A DNA stretch of 64,000 nucleotides from an uncultured delta proteobacterium (GCA_963841435.1 CAWJCS010000005.1:128001-192000), one strand, 5' to 3'; numbered from the stretch's first letter, positions 15,144 through 25,761 are shown. Program-made: numbers and translations. Notes: generated by a model not told the origin, from the sequence alone.

Positions 15144-17456
15144 TCAGCGCCCGAGCGCTTCGGCACGGTTCACGATGCGCGGCGTGAGGAAGATCACGAG
15201 CTCGCTGCGCTGGTCACTCGCGCGACGGCGCTGGAAGAGCAGGCCGAGCAACGGAATGTCCCCGAAGAACGGCACCTGGTCGAGGTTCCGGCCGGTATTG
15301 CGCGAGTAGATGCCGCCGATGACCGCCGTGTGACCGTCCATGACGAGCAGCTCGGTCTCGGCCTCGCGCTTGAGGATCGTCGGATCACCGCGCGCCGAGG
15401 TCTGGTTGAAGTCCGGCTCGTCGCGATTGATCTTCACGTGCATGCTGACGCTGCCGTCGGCGGTCACGTGCGGTTGCACGAGGAGCTGCAGCTTGGCTTC
15501 CTGAAAGGTCGTCTGCACGCCCTGCGCGCTCACCTGCGAGAACGGAATCAAGGTGCCCTGAGCGATGCGCGCCTCGTGATTGTCGAGCGTCAAGATGCGC
15601 GGGCTCGACAGGATGCGCAACAAGCCGCTCGCCTCGGCGGCGGAGAGGCGCACGGCGAGGTTCAGCGTGTTGTCGACCGAGCCGAAGGAAAGGCCGAGCG
15701 CACCACCTTGGCCCGTACCGACGGCGGCCGGCAGGTTGACGGCGAAGTTCGGGTTCGCGACGGTGTTGGCGAAGGGGCTGAGGCCAGCGGTCGGCGTGTT
15801 GCCATCGCTCGCACCGCCAACGACACCGACTGAATTGGGGAAAGCGAGACCGGTGGGGTTGCCCGTCGCGGCCGAGAAGGTCGCGTCACCGCCCCACTGG
15901 ATGCCGACGTCGCGGATGTACCGGCTCGTCGCCTCGACGATGCGCGCCTCGACGAGCACCTGGGGCGTCTGCGTATCGAGCGAGCGGATGAGCTCTTCGA
16001 CCTGGTTCAAATTGCCCGAGATGTCGCGGGCGATGAGCACGTTGGTGCGCTCGTCGACCGCCAGCGAGCCGCGCTCGCTCAGCATGGGCCGCGCGCGCTC
16101 CTGGATCGAAGCCGCCGAGGCATAGCTCACGGGGATGAGTCGGGTCTCGAGGGGGGCGAGCTTGACCTCCTGCGCGCGACGCGCAAGCTGCATCTCGCGC
16201 TCCTTTTCGAGGTCGGAGAGCGGCGCGACGCGGATCATGTTTCCCGTGCGCACCATGCCGAGACTCTTCGACTGCAGGACGATGTCGAGCGCCTGATCCC
16301 AGGGCACGTTGCGCATGCGGATCGTGACGGTGCCGGTCACGTTGTCCGCCGTGACGACGTTCACGTTCCCGACGTCCGCCAGCAGTCTGAGGACGTTGTG
16401 GATGTCGGCGTCCTTGAGGTCGAGGTCGATGCGTCGACCCGTGAAGTTTCGCTGCTGCGCGAGCGGCGTCGGAGCGAATCCGGCGGCCTCGCCCGGCCCG
16501 GAGTGCTTCTCGACGAGACCCGGATCGTAGCCTTCGACCACCTCGGGCACGCCCTGCATGGCCTGCTCGATGGTGACGGTGCGCGTCCGTCGCGCGATGC
16601 CACCGTCGCGCGCCACGCCGCTCTGTGCCGGCGTCTGCTCGCCGGGCGTGAAGAAGCTCCAGACGAGGGACGTGCCGCGACGCTCCACGCGGCTCGCGAC
16701 GCCGGGGTCGGTTTCGGCCTCGACGAGCACGGCGCCGCGCTCGGCCGGGCTCGGATAGCTCGAGACGGAGCTCACCTTGCCGCCGAAGCCGCTCACGTCG
16801 AGCGTCCGCACGAGCGCCTCGGGCACCTGCGCCGACTCGATGACGAGCGACGCGCGCCCCTTGCCGGCGGGCGGCGTGCGAAAATGGGCTGACTCGGCGA
16901 GCTGGATGACGACACGATCCTCGCCCGCGGCATGCTCGAAGCGCACGTCGTCGATGCGTGCCACGCCCTTCGACGCCGACCTCGGCGCCGCCGTCGGGGT
17001 GCCGAGAGGGGCGAGACCGGCGCTGCTGGGGGCCAGGCGAATGACGAGGTCGTTGCCCTCGACGGCGACCGAGTAGACGGCGTCTTCGAGCAAGGTCACG
17101 AGAAAGCGTGCGGTGTGGCCCTTGCCCACGGCGAACGCCTGGGCCATCACGCCGCCGACGACGCCCTGCGCGTCCGTGACGGCCGCCGGCGCGCCCGCAA
17201 GCACTGCCTCGGGCACGTCGACAATGAGCCTATTTTTGCCCTTCTCGAGCCGCGCCGTGAAGGTCGGCGGCCGGCTGAAGCTCACGATGACGCGAGTCTC
17301 CGCGGCCTTCCCTTTTTCGACCGACAGCGCGGTCGCCTGGCGCTCGGCAGCGCCCTTGCCGAGCGCGGGGGCTGGCGAAAGCAGCGCGGTGGCAAACGCC
17401 AGCGGGGCCGCCTGGATCAGCCGGGCAAGCGTCGTCCTCTTCGAGCTAAACCGCAT
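15144..17456 (-). CDS. pilQ: Type IV pilus secretin with AMIN domains
   Basis: FTGRRIDLDLKDADI, NVPWDQALD, QVLVEARIVEA, SSPRILTLDN, VPFFGDIPLLGLLF, ELVIFLTPRIV. Confidence 0.95.
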   Translation of the reverse strand: MRFSSKRTTLARLIQAAPLAFATALLSPAPALGKGAAERQATALSVEKGKAAETRVIVSFSRPPTFTARLEKGKNRLIVDVPEAVLAGAPAAVTDAQGVVGGVMAQAFAVGKGHTARFLVTLLEDAVYSVAVEGNDLVIRLAPSSAGLAPLGTPTAAPRSASKGVARIDDVRFEHAAGEDRVVIQLAESAHFRTPPAGKGRASLVIESAQVPEALVRTLDVSGFGGKVSSVSSYPSPAERGAVLVEAETDPGVASRVERRGTSLVWSFFTPGEQTPAQSGVARDGGIARRTRTVTIEQAMQGVPEVVEGYDPGLVEKHSGPGEAAGFAPTPLAQQRNFTGRRIDLDLKDADIHNVLRLLADVGNVNVVTADNVTGTVTIRMRNVPWDQALDIVLQSKSLGMVRTGNMIRVAPLSDLEKEREMQLARRAQEVKLAPLETRLIPVSYASAASIQERARPMLSERGSLAVDERTNVLIARDISGNLNQVEELIRSLDTQTPQVLVEARIVEATSRYIRDVGIQWGGDATFSAATGNPTGLAFPNSVGVVGGASDGNTPTAGLSPFANTVANPNFAVNLPAAVGTGQGGALGLSFGSVDNTLNLAVRLSAAEASGLLRILSSPRILTLDNHEARIAQGTLIPFSQVSAQGVQTTFQEAKLQLLVQPHVTADGSVSMHVKINRDEPDFNQTSARGDPTILKREAETELLVMDGHTAVIGGIYSRNTGRNLDQVPFFGDIPLLGLLFQRRRASDQRSELVIFLTPRIVNRAEALGR

Positions 17457-17743
17457 GAATGGGCTCCGAATTCGACAGGTCTCGGGGGGCAACGCGCACA
17501 CCCGTCAAAGTCCAGCGAGAAGCCTATCGTCTCGCTCGCAAGACGAACAAATTCCGAGCCAAACGAGTTTTGACGAAGGCGCTTCGTCTGTCGAAAAGTT
17601 GCCCGTCCGCGTGCCTTCGATGGGGGAACCGGCGCGCGCATCCGGCGCCGTTTTGGTGTCGTTGCGTTTTATCGACACCCGATCTTTCTCGGAGCATGGC
17701 TCCGCTTTGCGCGGGCTTGCTAAAGCGCTTAAGCTGGCGGCTA

Positions 17744-19338
17744 GTGCACTCCTTCTCCACGCGCGCCCCCATCCCTTTTTACCCGACGAAGAGCGCTCGT
17801 CCCGTTCGGCCGCCTGCCGGCCGCTCACGCTGGGCAGCGCTCGGTTTGCTCGGCATCGCCTCGACGGCAGGTCTCGGCGCGTGCGCCGCGCAAACCGACA
17901 CCGGTCCCGACGTGGGCAGCGGACAACCCGGGGCCGGCGGCTCGACGGCGAGTGGCGGCACCGGTGCGACCGGCACGGGCGGCTCCGTGATGGGCTCGGG
18001 CGGAGCGGTGAGCACCGGCGGCGCTGGCGGCGGGGCACCGGCATGGCGGGCGCGGCGGGCTCGGTGGCAGCGGGCTCGGGCGGATCCGGCGCGACCGCGG
18101 GGACGGGTAGCGGCGCCGATGCCGGCACCGGCACGGGCGCGGCGTCAGGTAGCGGGGGCGCGACGGCGATGGGTCCCGGCCTATCGGTGGGCGGCAAGTG
18201 CTTTGCCGCCTGCGCGTTCCCCGAGACCTCGGATCCCGATCCGGAGACGGGCGCGGTCAACGGGTACGGCTGGGAAGGTCAGGCGGCCTGCGTCGATCCG
18301 GCGTCGGCCGTCGGAATGATGGCAACACCCTGCGAGCCGCCGCCGCCCGTTGTTCCCCCGACGCCCGGCGACGGCGGCGTGTACACGGGCGACGCCTGCC
18401 ATCCCTTCTGCTCGAGCACCGCCACCGATCCGGACGACATGGGCCTCAGCGACGGCTGGGGCTACGAGCACGGCCAGAGCTGCATCGTCGCCGGTACCGC
18501 CGCGGCGATTGGCGGCGTGGCGTGCGATCCCATGCTGCCACCGCTCGGCACGGGCGACGGCGTGCTCGTCAACGACGGCATGGGCGGCACCGTTTGCCAT
18601 CCGCTGTGCCGTGACGTCGTCGCCTCGATGCCCGATGCGAACGGCTGGGGCTGGGAGAACGACACCAACTGCATCCTGGCCGGCTCGATAGCGCAGCTCC
18701 AGGGCGTGCCCTGCGACGCACCCGATCCCCCCGAACCGCCGCCACCCGCGCCTCCGCCGCCCGGCACCGGCTGGAGCTCCGACTACACGGCCACGATGTT
18801 CGGCGAAGTGGACTGCGCGCCGTTCGGTTTCGACGATCCCGGCAATTCCAACCTCAATTTCGCGACCTGCGTGGGCCGCGGCCAGGTTTCACTCAACAGC
18901 GACAACCAGAAGTGGTTCGGCGCCGTCGGCGACCTGTCGACCCTCTGGTCGGGCTCGGCCTGCACCTGCACGGGTGGCTCGAGCGGCGACAAATGCTCGA
19001 CGGCTCCGGCGTGCAACGGCCAGGCAAACTGCGGCACGTGCGTCGAGGTCGTTTGCAACGGCACCGGCACGTACTCGTACGAGGGTGACGGGTACACGCA
19101 CGACGAGTTCTGCAAGCCGAACACGTCCGTCGTCGTCCAGCTCATCGACGCCTGCCCCCACAATCACCCGAACAACCCTTACTGGTGTACGACCCAGCGC
19201 CCGAACCACGTCAACATCAGCTGCTCGGCCTTCAACGAGCTCGTGCAGGGGGACCGCCCCATCGGCGAGATCGGGTTCATCAACGCCTACGCGCGGCCGG
19301 TCAACTGCAGCGTAGGGCTCGGAGTGCATGGTTTTTGA
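17744..19338 (+). CDS. Lipoprotein with three CBM10-like repeats and a C-terminal expansin/GH45-like DPBB domain (apparent frameshift near 18030; start uncertain)
   Basis: Lipobox LGAC; GYGWEGQAAC, GWGYEHGQSC, GWGWENDTNC repeats with Pro linkers; CGTCVEVVC, VVQLIDACP, NPYWC, HVNISCSAF, RPVNC. Confidence 0.7.
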
Positions 19339-19463
19339 CCGTTCGACACCGGGTGGCGGATCTTTCGGGATTGACGTCCGGTCGAGGCCCGTCGCGCACC
19401 GACGACGCCGCCGTCTGTGCGGGAAACGGCGGAGCGAAGGGAGCAGGCCGAGGAATCCGTCGC

Positions 19464-20072
19464 TCAGCCCGGGTTCACTTCTAGTGGCGTCTCGCCCTCG
19501 GGCCTCAGCGGAATGACCTTCGTGGCCGCGGGGACGTCGGGGTTGTTCGGGTCCTCACGCACCAGAACAACGTCGCCGTCGCGAATGCGATCGAGGCGCC
19601 AGTTGAGCTCGTAGGTGGAGCCGCGCGCGCCGACGGTCTGGACGAGGTCCGCACGCCCCACGAAGTCGCCGCGGTGCACGACGTGGCCCTTGCCCGTCGG
19701 GTCGACGAGCATGGCGCGAGCCGGGGTGATGCGCGTCACGATGCCGACGAGCTTCAAATCGTCCACCGCGAACTCTGCGAGCACGACCTGCCGCTGCGAC
19801 TTTATCCGGCTCTTCACTTCCTCGGCGAAGCTCCGCGTGTAGGAGCGGAACGGATCGCGGCTCCGTTCGGTCTCGGTAAACTCCGCTTCGGGGAACTCGC
19901 GGTGAATGGGCGCGGCCGAAGCCTGTGCCTTGGGGTTGGGGGCGGCCGCGGGGGCGGCGGCGGCGGACGCCGACGAGAAGGGCGTGAGCTTCCTGTCCTT
20001 GACCGGCTCGTCCGACCCGCACGCGGAGAGACAAGCCGCGACACTCAAGAGGAGGCCTAAACGGAGCAGCAT
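19464..20072 (-). CDS. pilP: Type IV pilus lipoprotein PilP
   Basis: Lipobox LSAC, RDPF, LKLVGIV, AMLVDPTGKGHVV..GDFVG; operon position. Confidence 0.88.
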   Translation of the reverse strand: MLLRLGLLLSVAACLSACGSDEPVKDRKLTPFSSASAAAAPAAAPNPKAQASAAPIHREFPEAEFTETERSRDPFRSYTRSFAEEVKSRIKSQRQVVLAEFAVDDLKLVGIVTRITPARAMLVDPTGKGHVVHRGDFVGRADLVQTVGARGSTYELNWRLDRIRDGDVVLVREDPNNPDVPAATKVIPLRPEGETPLEVNPG

Positions 20073-20698
20073 CAATGTCCCGCTCCCTTCTTGGCGGCGC
20101 CGCGCTTGTCGGCTCCGCCAGCGCCCTTACCGCCGTCGGTCACCGCGCGGAACGCCGTGGCGAGAACGTCCGCGTGGATCAGCACGTCTTCGCCCTTCAC
20201 CTCGGGCCTGCCGAGGTTCACGTTCTCGAGGTTGATGATGCGGTCGAGCTGGCTCACCCCGTAAAAGAACTTCGCGATCTGGTGGTAGCGCCCCAAAAGC
20301 TCGAGCTTCATCGGCACGCGGACGTAGAACTGCTCGGGGACCTCGGGGCTCGGCGTCCAGGCGGTGAGCTGCACGCCGGCGACGTTGGCCACGTTCTGGA
20401 GCGCGCTCAGGAACGCGGGGTACTCGCTCTGTAGCGGTAGAACGCGGTTCAGCTCGCGCTGGCTCTGCTGCTTGTCGGTCAGCTCGGCCAGATCCTTCTG
20501 GTAGGCGAACTCCGCTTTGCGCGCGTCGGCGAGCTCGCCCTTGAGCTGGTGCTCCCGGCTCTTGGCGGCCTCGATCGCGCTCGAGAGCTCGCCGTAGAAC
20601 ACGACGTAATAGGCGACGCCGGTGAGCCCGAGCACGACGAACGCCACGCCGGTGCGCGCGAGCACGGGAAGCTTGGTGAGGGAGTCGCTCAGGGCCAT
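20072..20698 (-). CDS. pilO: Type IV pilus protein PilO
   Basis: TM helix plus coiled coil, FYVRVPMKL, GRYHQIAKFF, LDRIINL. Confidence 0.9.
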   Translation of the reverse strand: MALSDSLTKLPVLARTGVAFVVLGLTGVAYYVVFYGELSSAIEAAKSREHQLKGELADARKAEFAYQKDLAELTDKQQSQRELNRVLPLQSEYPAFLSALQNVANVAGVQLTAWTPSPEVPEQFYVRVPMKLELLGRYHQIAKFFYGVSQLDRIINLENVNLGRPEVKGEDVLIHADVLATAFRAVTDGGKGAGGADKRGAAKKGAGH

Positions 20699-21339
20699 CA
20701 GTACTTCACCTGGGCTTCGAGCGAGAAGCGGATCACGGGCAGGCTCGTGTCCTTGTCCTTTTCCTGCTTGCCCGGCAGGAGCATGACGTTGCTGAAATAG
20801 TCGGACAGGTTGAGGCGACGGGCGAGCTCGCTCACGTCCTCACCGTCCTGCGCGGTGCCCTCGAGCTTCATGCGCCGGGCCGACTCGCCGAACCCCTTGA
20901 TCTCGAGGCGACGCGGATCCCAGTTGGCATTGAAGACGGCGAGCGGGTTCTCGCGCCGGAGCTGGCTCAGCCTGTCGGGGGCGACGGAGGGGCCGCGCCC
21001 GGGAGTGAGGATGTGCGACAGCTCGAGCAGGATCGCGGTCGGCCCCGTACGCGCCGTCTGCAGCTGGGTGATGGCGGCCTCGCGAGCCCTGAGCTCGTCG
21101 AGCTTCTTTTTCACCTCGGGATGGTTCTGCACGCTCTTTTTGGACTGATCGATCTGCGATTCGAGCTCGGCGTTCGCCCGCTTCTGATCGTCGAGCTCCT
21201 CGTTCTTGAAGCCGTGGAACACGAACAGCCCGGCGATCTCGGCGAGGAACGCCACCATCACGGCGACGAGCCAGAGCTGCCGCTTCTCCTGCTTGGCCTC
21301 GGCGCGGCGCTTCTGCGGGAGTAGGTTGACGCGAATCAC
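20698..21339 (-). CDS. pilN: Type IV pilus protein PilN
   Basis: IRVNLLP PilM-binding motif, TM helix, coiled coil, LEGTA; GTG start overlaps the pilM stop. Confidence 0.9.
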   Translation of the reverse strand: MIRVNLLPQKRRAEAKQEKRQLWLVAVMVAFLAEIAGLFVFHGFKNEELDDQKRANAELESQIDQSKKSVQNHPEVKKKLDELRAREAAITQLQTARTGPTAILLELSHILTPGRGPSVAPDRLSQLRRENPLAVFNANWDPRRLEIKGFGESARRMKLEGTAQDGEDVSELARRLNLSDYFSNVMLLPGKQEKDKDTSLPVIRFSLEAQVKY

Positions 21340-22404
21340 GAGTGCGTCTCCTTTTCCTTGCGCAGTGCGAGGCCGAGCGCGACGGCAAGCTGGGCGGCGC
21401 GCGCCTGGAGCAGCGTGCCGTTCGACCTCCTTGGCCTCGATGGCCACCCGCTCCGTGGGCGCCCACGCCTCGACGGGCACGCGGGCCCTGCGCTGGATGG
21501 CACTGCCGAGCGCGGCGAGGTTTGCGGTGCCGCCCGTGACGTAGATGCGCGCGATCTCGGCTTCGCCGCTCGTGGCCATGTAAAAGTCGAGGCTGCGCTG
21601 GATTTCTGCGGCGATCGAGTCAGCGACCGCATCGACGATCTGCACGACCTGCTGCGGCACGATCCCCCCGCTCGCAGGGTCGCCGCCACCGCCGCATTTG
21701 TAGGTCTCGGCCTGCTCGAAGGGCACGCTGAGCTGGCGCTGGATCTCCTCGGTGATCACATTGCCGCCGTTGGCGATCTCGCGCGTGAACGCGCTCACGC
21801 CGTTCGACACGATGTTCAACGAGGAAAGGCTCGCGCCCACGTTGATGAGCGCGATCGTCTGATCGGGCGGTAGCCCGCGGGAGTATTCGAACAGGTTCTG
21901 AACGGTGAAGGCGTCGATGTCGCACACCAGCGGCTTGAGCTTGGCGCTACGGGCGAGCTGGGCGTAGTCCTCGATCTGGTCGCGCTTCGCGGCGACGAGG
22001 AGCAGATCCATCTGGCTCGTCTCGGGACGCTTGCGCAAAACCTGGTAATCGACCTGGACGTCCTTGATGTCGAAGGGGATGTGCTGCTCGGCCTCCCACT
22101 GAATCTGCTCCCCCAGCTGGACGTCCGTCATCATCGGAATCGTGATCTTCCGGATGATCACACTCTGGCCGGAGACGCTCACGGCGCATTCCTTCTGGCG
22201 GATCTTGGCTTCGGCGAAGGCGCGCCCGAGGGCGTCGATCACCGCGGACTGGTCCATGATCTGCCCGTCCACGATCGCCTGCGGGCTCAGGGGTACGAAG
22301 CCGAGGCGGAGCAGCCCGAGCCCTTTTTTGGACTCGCGCAGCTGACAGACCTTGACCCCGGAGGCGCCGATATCCACGCCGACCAGGTTTTTTCCTTCGC
22401 CCAT
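21336..22404 (-). CDS. pilM: Type IV pilus actin-like protein PilM (apparent frameshift near 21422)
   Basis: VGVDIGASGVK, EAEQHIPF, LLVAAK, EIQRSLDFY, VTGGTA; C-terminal LAVALGLALR lies in another frame. Confidence 0.9.
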
Positions 22405-22680
22405 GGCTTTCTTCTGCCAGAAATTCCGCGGGAATCCGCGCGTACAAACTTTGGCATTCTGAAAGGCCCACAGCCAAGAAACGGGCGTAGGTCGCTCTGG
22501 GACGGGGGGTGGCGAGGTCCGCCACGGGTTTCATCGAACCCCGGGGGGGTCATCGATGACCCACTTAAGACCACAAAGTCTCAAATCGGGCTCCTGGGGC
22601 CGATTTCTCTCAGCTTTCCCAGTTTAGAACAGTCGCGTCGGCGCCCAAAGAGAGGGTCGTCAGCGACCCACTAGGGACCA

Positions 22681-22727
22681 TAAGTGATTGAAATCATTCG
22701 TTGCCCGAGCATGGAACGAAAGCTGCT
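22681..22727 (+). promoter_or_regulatory. Sigma54 promoter with upstream IHF-like site
   Basis: TGGAACGAAAGCTGCT has exact GG-N10-GC spacing (22713-22726); TAAGTGATTGAAA at 22681 matches WATCAANNNNTTR (reverse strand) with one mismatch. Confidence 0.6.
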
Positions 22728-22756
22728 TATGTCCCAGGCAGAGGAGATAGAGGAAC

Positions 22757-23554
22757 ATGGCCGACGCGAGCTTCAACTACGGGACGACTGAGACATGGGG
22801 CGCCCTAGCGGCGACGAGGGAAACCAGCACGACCCCGACGTGGCATTCGCTCCCGCCGGCAGCTCGCCGGCGAGCCTCCGCCGCGGTGCGGCTCTCGCGA
22901 CGCCCGGCGTCGGTCCGGCCAGCAGCGCTCGTCAAGCGCCCGCCCACCGCGCGTCCCCGCTCGGTCACCGACCCCAACACCGCTCGCCTGCTCGATCAAT
23001 ACACGACCGTCGTTCACAAGATCGCGTCGAGCTTCCAGCGTCGCCTGCCCCGCAGCGTCCTGCGCGAGGACCTCGTCGCGGCCGGCATGATCGGACTCTG
23101 GGACGCCATCCGCCGCCACGGCGAGCATCCGAACGAGGGCTTCGCCTGGTACGTCCGCGTGCGCGTCCGCGGTGCCATCCTCGACGAGCTCCGCGCGCAG
23201 GACTGGCTTTCGCGCCGTGTGCGCAAGGCCGCTGCCGAGGGGGCTCCCCCGCGAGTCGTCCGCTTCGAGGACGTGAGCGAGGCGGACCAGTCGCGCTGCC
23301 TGGGCACGCATGCCGACACCGGCGCCGAGCTCGAGCAGCGCGCCAACCGTGAGGCGCTGACCCGCGCCGTCGAGGCGCTGCCCGAGCGCGAGCGCCTCAT
23401 CGTGAGCGAGCACTACTTCCACGAGGTCAAATTCACCGCCCTCGGCGCCCGACTCGGCGTGAGCGAGCCGCGCATCTCGCAGCTCCACTCCCGCGCCATG
23501 CGCCACCTGCGCGAGATCGTCGCCCGCGAAGACCCCGAAGCCCTGAGCGCCTAA
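22757..23554 (+). CDS. FliA/WhiG family sigma factor
   Basis: EDLVAAGMIGLWDA, RVRGAILDELRAQDWLSR, LPERERLIV, LGVSEPRISQLHSRA; RBS AGAGGA. Confidence 0.85.
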   Translation: MADASFNYGTTETWGALAATRETSTTPTWHSLPPAARRRASAAVRLSRRPASVRPAALVKRPPTARPRSVTDPNTARLLDQYTTVVHKIASSFQRRLPRSVLREDLVAAGMIGLWDAIRRHGEHPNEGFAWYVRVRVRGAILDELRAQDWLSRRVRKAAAEGAPPRVVRFEDVSEADQSRCLGTHADTGAELEQRANREALTRAVEALPERERLIVSEHYFHEVKFTALGARLGVSEPRISQLHSRAMRHLREIVAREDPEALSA

Positions 23555-23588
23555 GCCTGAGCGGCGTCGACCCGGCCCGAAGAGCCTC

Positions 23589-24929
23589 CTACGGGAAAAT
23601 CTCGCGGTCCTGGTACACCTGAACCAAGCGCCCGAGCGCAACGCCGTAGCAGGCGATTCGGTTGGAGCAGCCGTGGAGCTTCGCAAACTGAGCCACCCGG
23701 TCGTACGCGTCGAGCATGGCGCGCTCGAGCCGCTCCTCGACTTCTTCGAGAGGCCATTGCTCGCTGCGGCGGTTTTGCACCCACTCGTAGTAGCTCACGG
23801 TGACACCACCCGCGTTGGCGAGAACGTCGGGCAAGATCTCGATGCCGCGGCGCGCGAGCACTGCCTCGCCCTCGGGTGAGCATGGGCCGTTGGCGCCCTC
23901 GACGACGAGCCGCACCTGGAGCGCCTCCGCCTCGACAGGACCCACCTGGTTTTCGAGCGCCGCGGGAACGAACAGGTCGGCCTGCACGGAGAAGAATTCC
24001 TCGCGCGTGATCTTCTGGCCGTTGGCGTAGCCGGCGATCGAGCCGTTCTGTCCGACGTATTGCTTGAGCCGGTGAACGTTGAAGCCTTCGGCGTTGTAGA
24101 GGTACCCGGTGTGGTCACCGACGGCTACGAGCGACACGCCCAAGTTGCCGAGCAGGACGGCCGTGTTGCTGCCCACGTTGCCGAAGCCCTGGACGATGAG
24201 CTTTTTCCCCTCCAACTTGAAGCGGGAGCGACGAGCCCATTCCGCGATGCAGTGAACGACCCCTTGCCCCGTCGCCGTTTCGCGGCCGAAGGTGCCGCCG
24301 CTCGACACCGGCTTGCCCGTGACGACGCCCATGGCGGCTTCCTTCTTCACCATGCCGACGGTGTTGACGTAGGTGTCGAGCGCCCAGGCCATCACCTGCG
24401 CGTTCGTGCCCACGTCGGGGGCCGGAATGTCGTAGTCGGGCCCGACGTTCGAGCCGAGGGCGTGGATGAAGCGCCGCGTGATGCGCTGGAGCTCCCCGTG
24501 GGATACCGCTCGTGGGTCGAACTTGATGCCGCCCTTGCCACCGCCGAACGGCAAGTTCATGAGCGAGCACTTCCACGTCATCATGGCCGCCAGCGCCTTG
24601 AAATCGTCGAGGCCGGCGTGCTCGTGGTAGCGCATGCCACCCTTGAAGGGCCCGAGGATGTTCGAGTGCTGGATCCGATATCCCTTGAACAGTCGAAACT
24701 CCCCGCTATCCATCCGCACCGGAAAATGAACGATGATTTCGTTCTTCGGCTGGCTCAAGATCGTGCGCACGTGCTCGGGCACGTTGGCGAGGCGAGCGGC
24801 CTCGTCGAGGTAGCCCTGAATCACGCGAAAGAAGTCGTAGCGTTCGCCCGGCGGGGCCTTGCTCATTCCGACGACGCGGTCGTCCGACGGGGTTCGTTGC
24901 GAAGCCGGTCCGGGAAAACCAGTGCTCAT
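23589..24929 (-). CDS. gdhA: Glu/Leu/Phe/Val dehydrogenase (glutamate dehydrogenase)
   Basis: GPFKGGMRY, PFGGGKGG, DIPAPDVGTN, QGFGNVG, EGANGP, PDVLANAGGVTVSYYEWVQN. Confidence 0.92.
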   Translation of the reverse strand: MSTGFPGPASQRTPSDDRVVGMSKAPPGERYDFFRVIQGYLDEAARLANVPEHVRTILSQPKNEIIVHFPVRMDSGEFRLFKGYRIQHSNILGPFKGGMRYHEHAGLDDFKALAAMMTWKCSLMNLPFGGGKGGIKFDPRAVSHGELQRITRRFIHALGSNVGPDYDIPAPDVGTNAQVMAWALDTYVNTVGMVKKEAAMGVVTGKPVSSGGTFGRETATGQGVVHCIAEWARRSRFKLEGKKLIVQGFGNVGSNTAVLLGNLGVSLVAVGDHTGYLYNAEGFNVHRLKQYVGQNGSIAGYANGQKITREEFFSVQADLFVPAALENQVGPVEAEALQVRLVVEGANGPCSPEGEAVLARRGIEILPDVLANAGGVTVSYYEWVQNRRSEQWPLEEVEERLERAMLDAYDRVAQFAKLHGCSNRIACYGVALGRLVQVYQDREIFP

Positions 24930-24936
24930 GCTGCTC

Positions 24937-25761
24937 TCAACGGCCGAGGCAAAATAGAGAATAGAGGTAGACCATCGGCGTTATCACGAGGAGGGCGTCG
25001 ATGCGGTCGAGCATGCCCCCGTGACCGGGGAGCAGGCCTCCTGAGTCCTTGATGCCAGTCGAGCGCTTGAGCAAGGATTCGGTGAGGTCGCCGGCCTGGC
25101 CGAGCAGCCCGCCCGCCACGCCGAGCGAAAGCGCATCCGCGATGGGCACGGCCGGCGCGTACCAGAACGCCCCGACCACGGCGCCGATCAGCGAGCCGAC
25201 CACGGCCCCGACCAGCCCGGCGCGGGTCTTTTTCGGGCTCACGGCCGGGTAGAGCGGCGTCTTTCCCAGGAAACGTCCGAAAAAATACCCCCCCGTGTCG
25301 CCGAGCCAGGCAAGGGTGAGCGCGAGCAGCACGAGGCCGGCTCCCCGTTCGGGGACGTCGGCACGCAGTCGCGCCAGCATCCCGAGTGAGCCCCCGACGT
25401 ACACGGGCACCGCCGCACCGGCGAGGACGCGCAGCGCGGCCGTCGGGATCTCCCCGAGCCGCACGAGCGGCACGAGCATGCCGAGGATGGGCGCGAAGCC
25501 GAGCGCGGCCCACACCACGCGCGGGTCGGTCCCGGCGAAGGCGAGCGCAGCGGTCACGCTCGCGGTGAGCACGGCGAGCCCGGCGATGGCAGGGCCATCG
25601 CCGGGATGCGTCATGTGCAGAACCTCGCGCGCTGCGACCAGCGACGTGACGACGACGAGCAGACTGAACCCCCACGCCGGCCCTCGAAAGAGCAAGAGCA
25701 GCAAGAGCGGTGCGGCGACGCCGGCAGTCGCCAGCCGGACCGCTAGGTTGCTTTTCGGCAC
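24937..25761 (-). CDS. cdsA: Phosphatidate cytidylyltransferase
   Basis: Multi-TM; DTGGYFFG, SPKKT, GDLTESLLKRSTGIKDSG, PGHGGMLDRID. Confidence 0.93.
   Translation of the reverse strand: MPKSNLAVRLATAGVAAPLLLLLLFRGPAWGFSLLVVVTSLVAAREVLHMTHPGDGPAIAGLAVLTASVTAALAFAGTDPRVVWAALGFAPILGMLVPLVRLGEIPTAALRVLAGAAVPVYVGGSLGMLARLRADVPERGAGLVLLALTLAWLGDTGGYFFGRFLGKTPLYPAVSPKKTRAGLVGAVVGSLIGAVVGAFWYAPAVPIADALSLGVAGGLLGQAGDLTESLLKRSTGIKDSGGLLPGHGGMLDRIDALLVITPMVYLYSLFCLGR

Noticed and set aside
17697-17710. Sigma54-like TGGCTC...TTGC
   Set aside because: GG-to-GC spacing is 9, not 10
20698-22404. Apparent PilM-PilN fusion (568-aa ORF)
   Set aside because: Caused by a one-base frameshift near 21422; the true PilM C-terminus and stop lie in another frame and PilN has its own start
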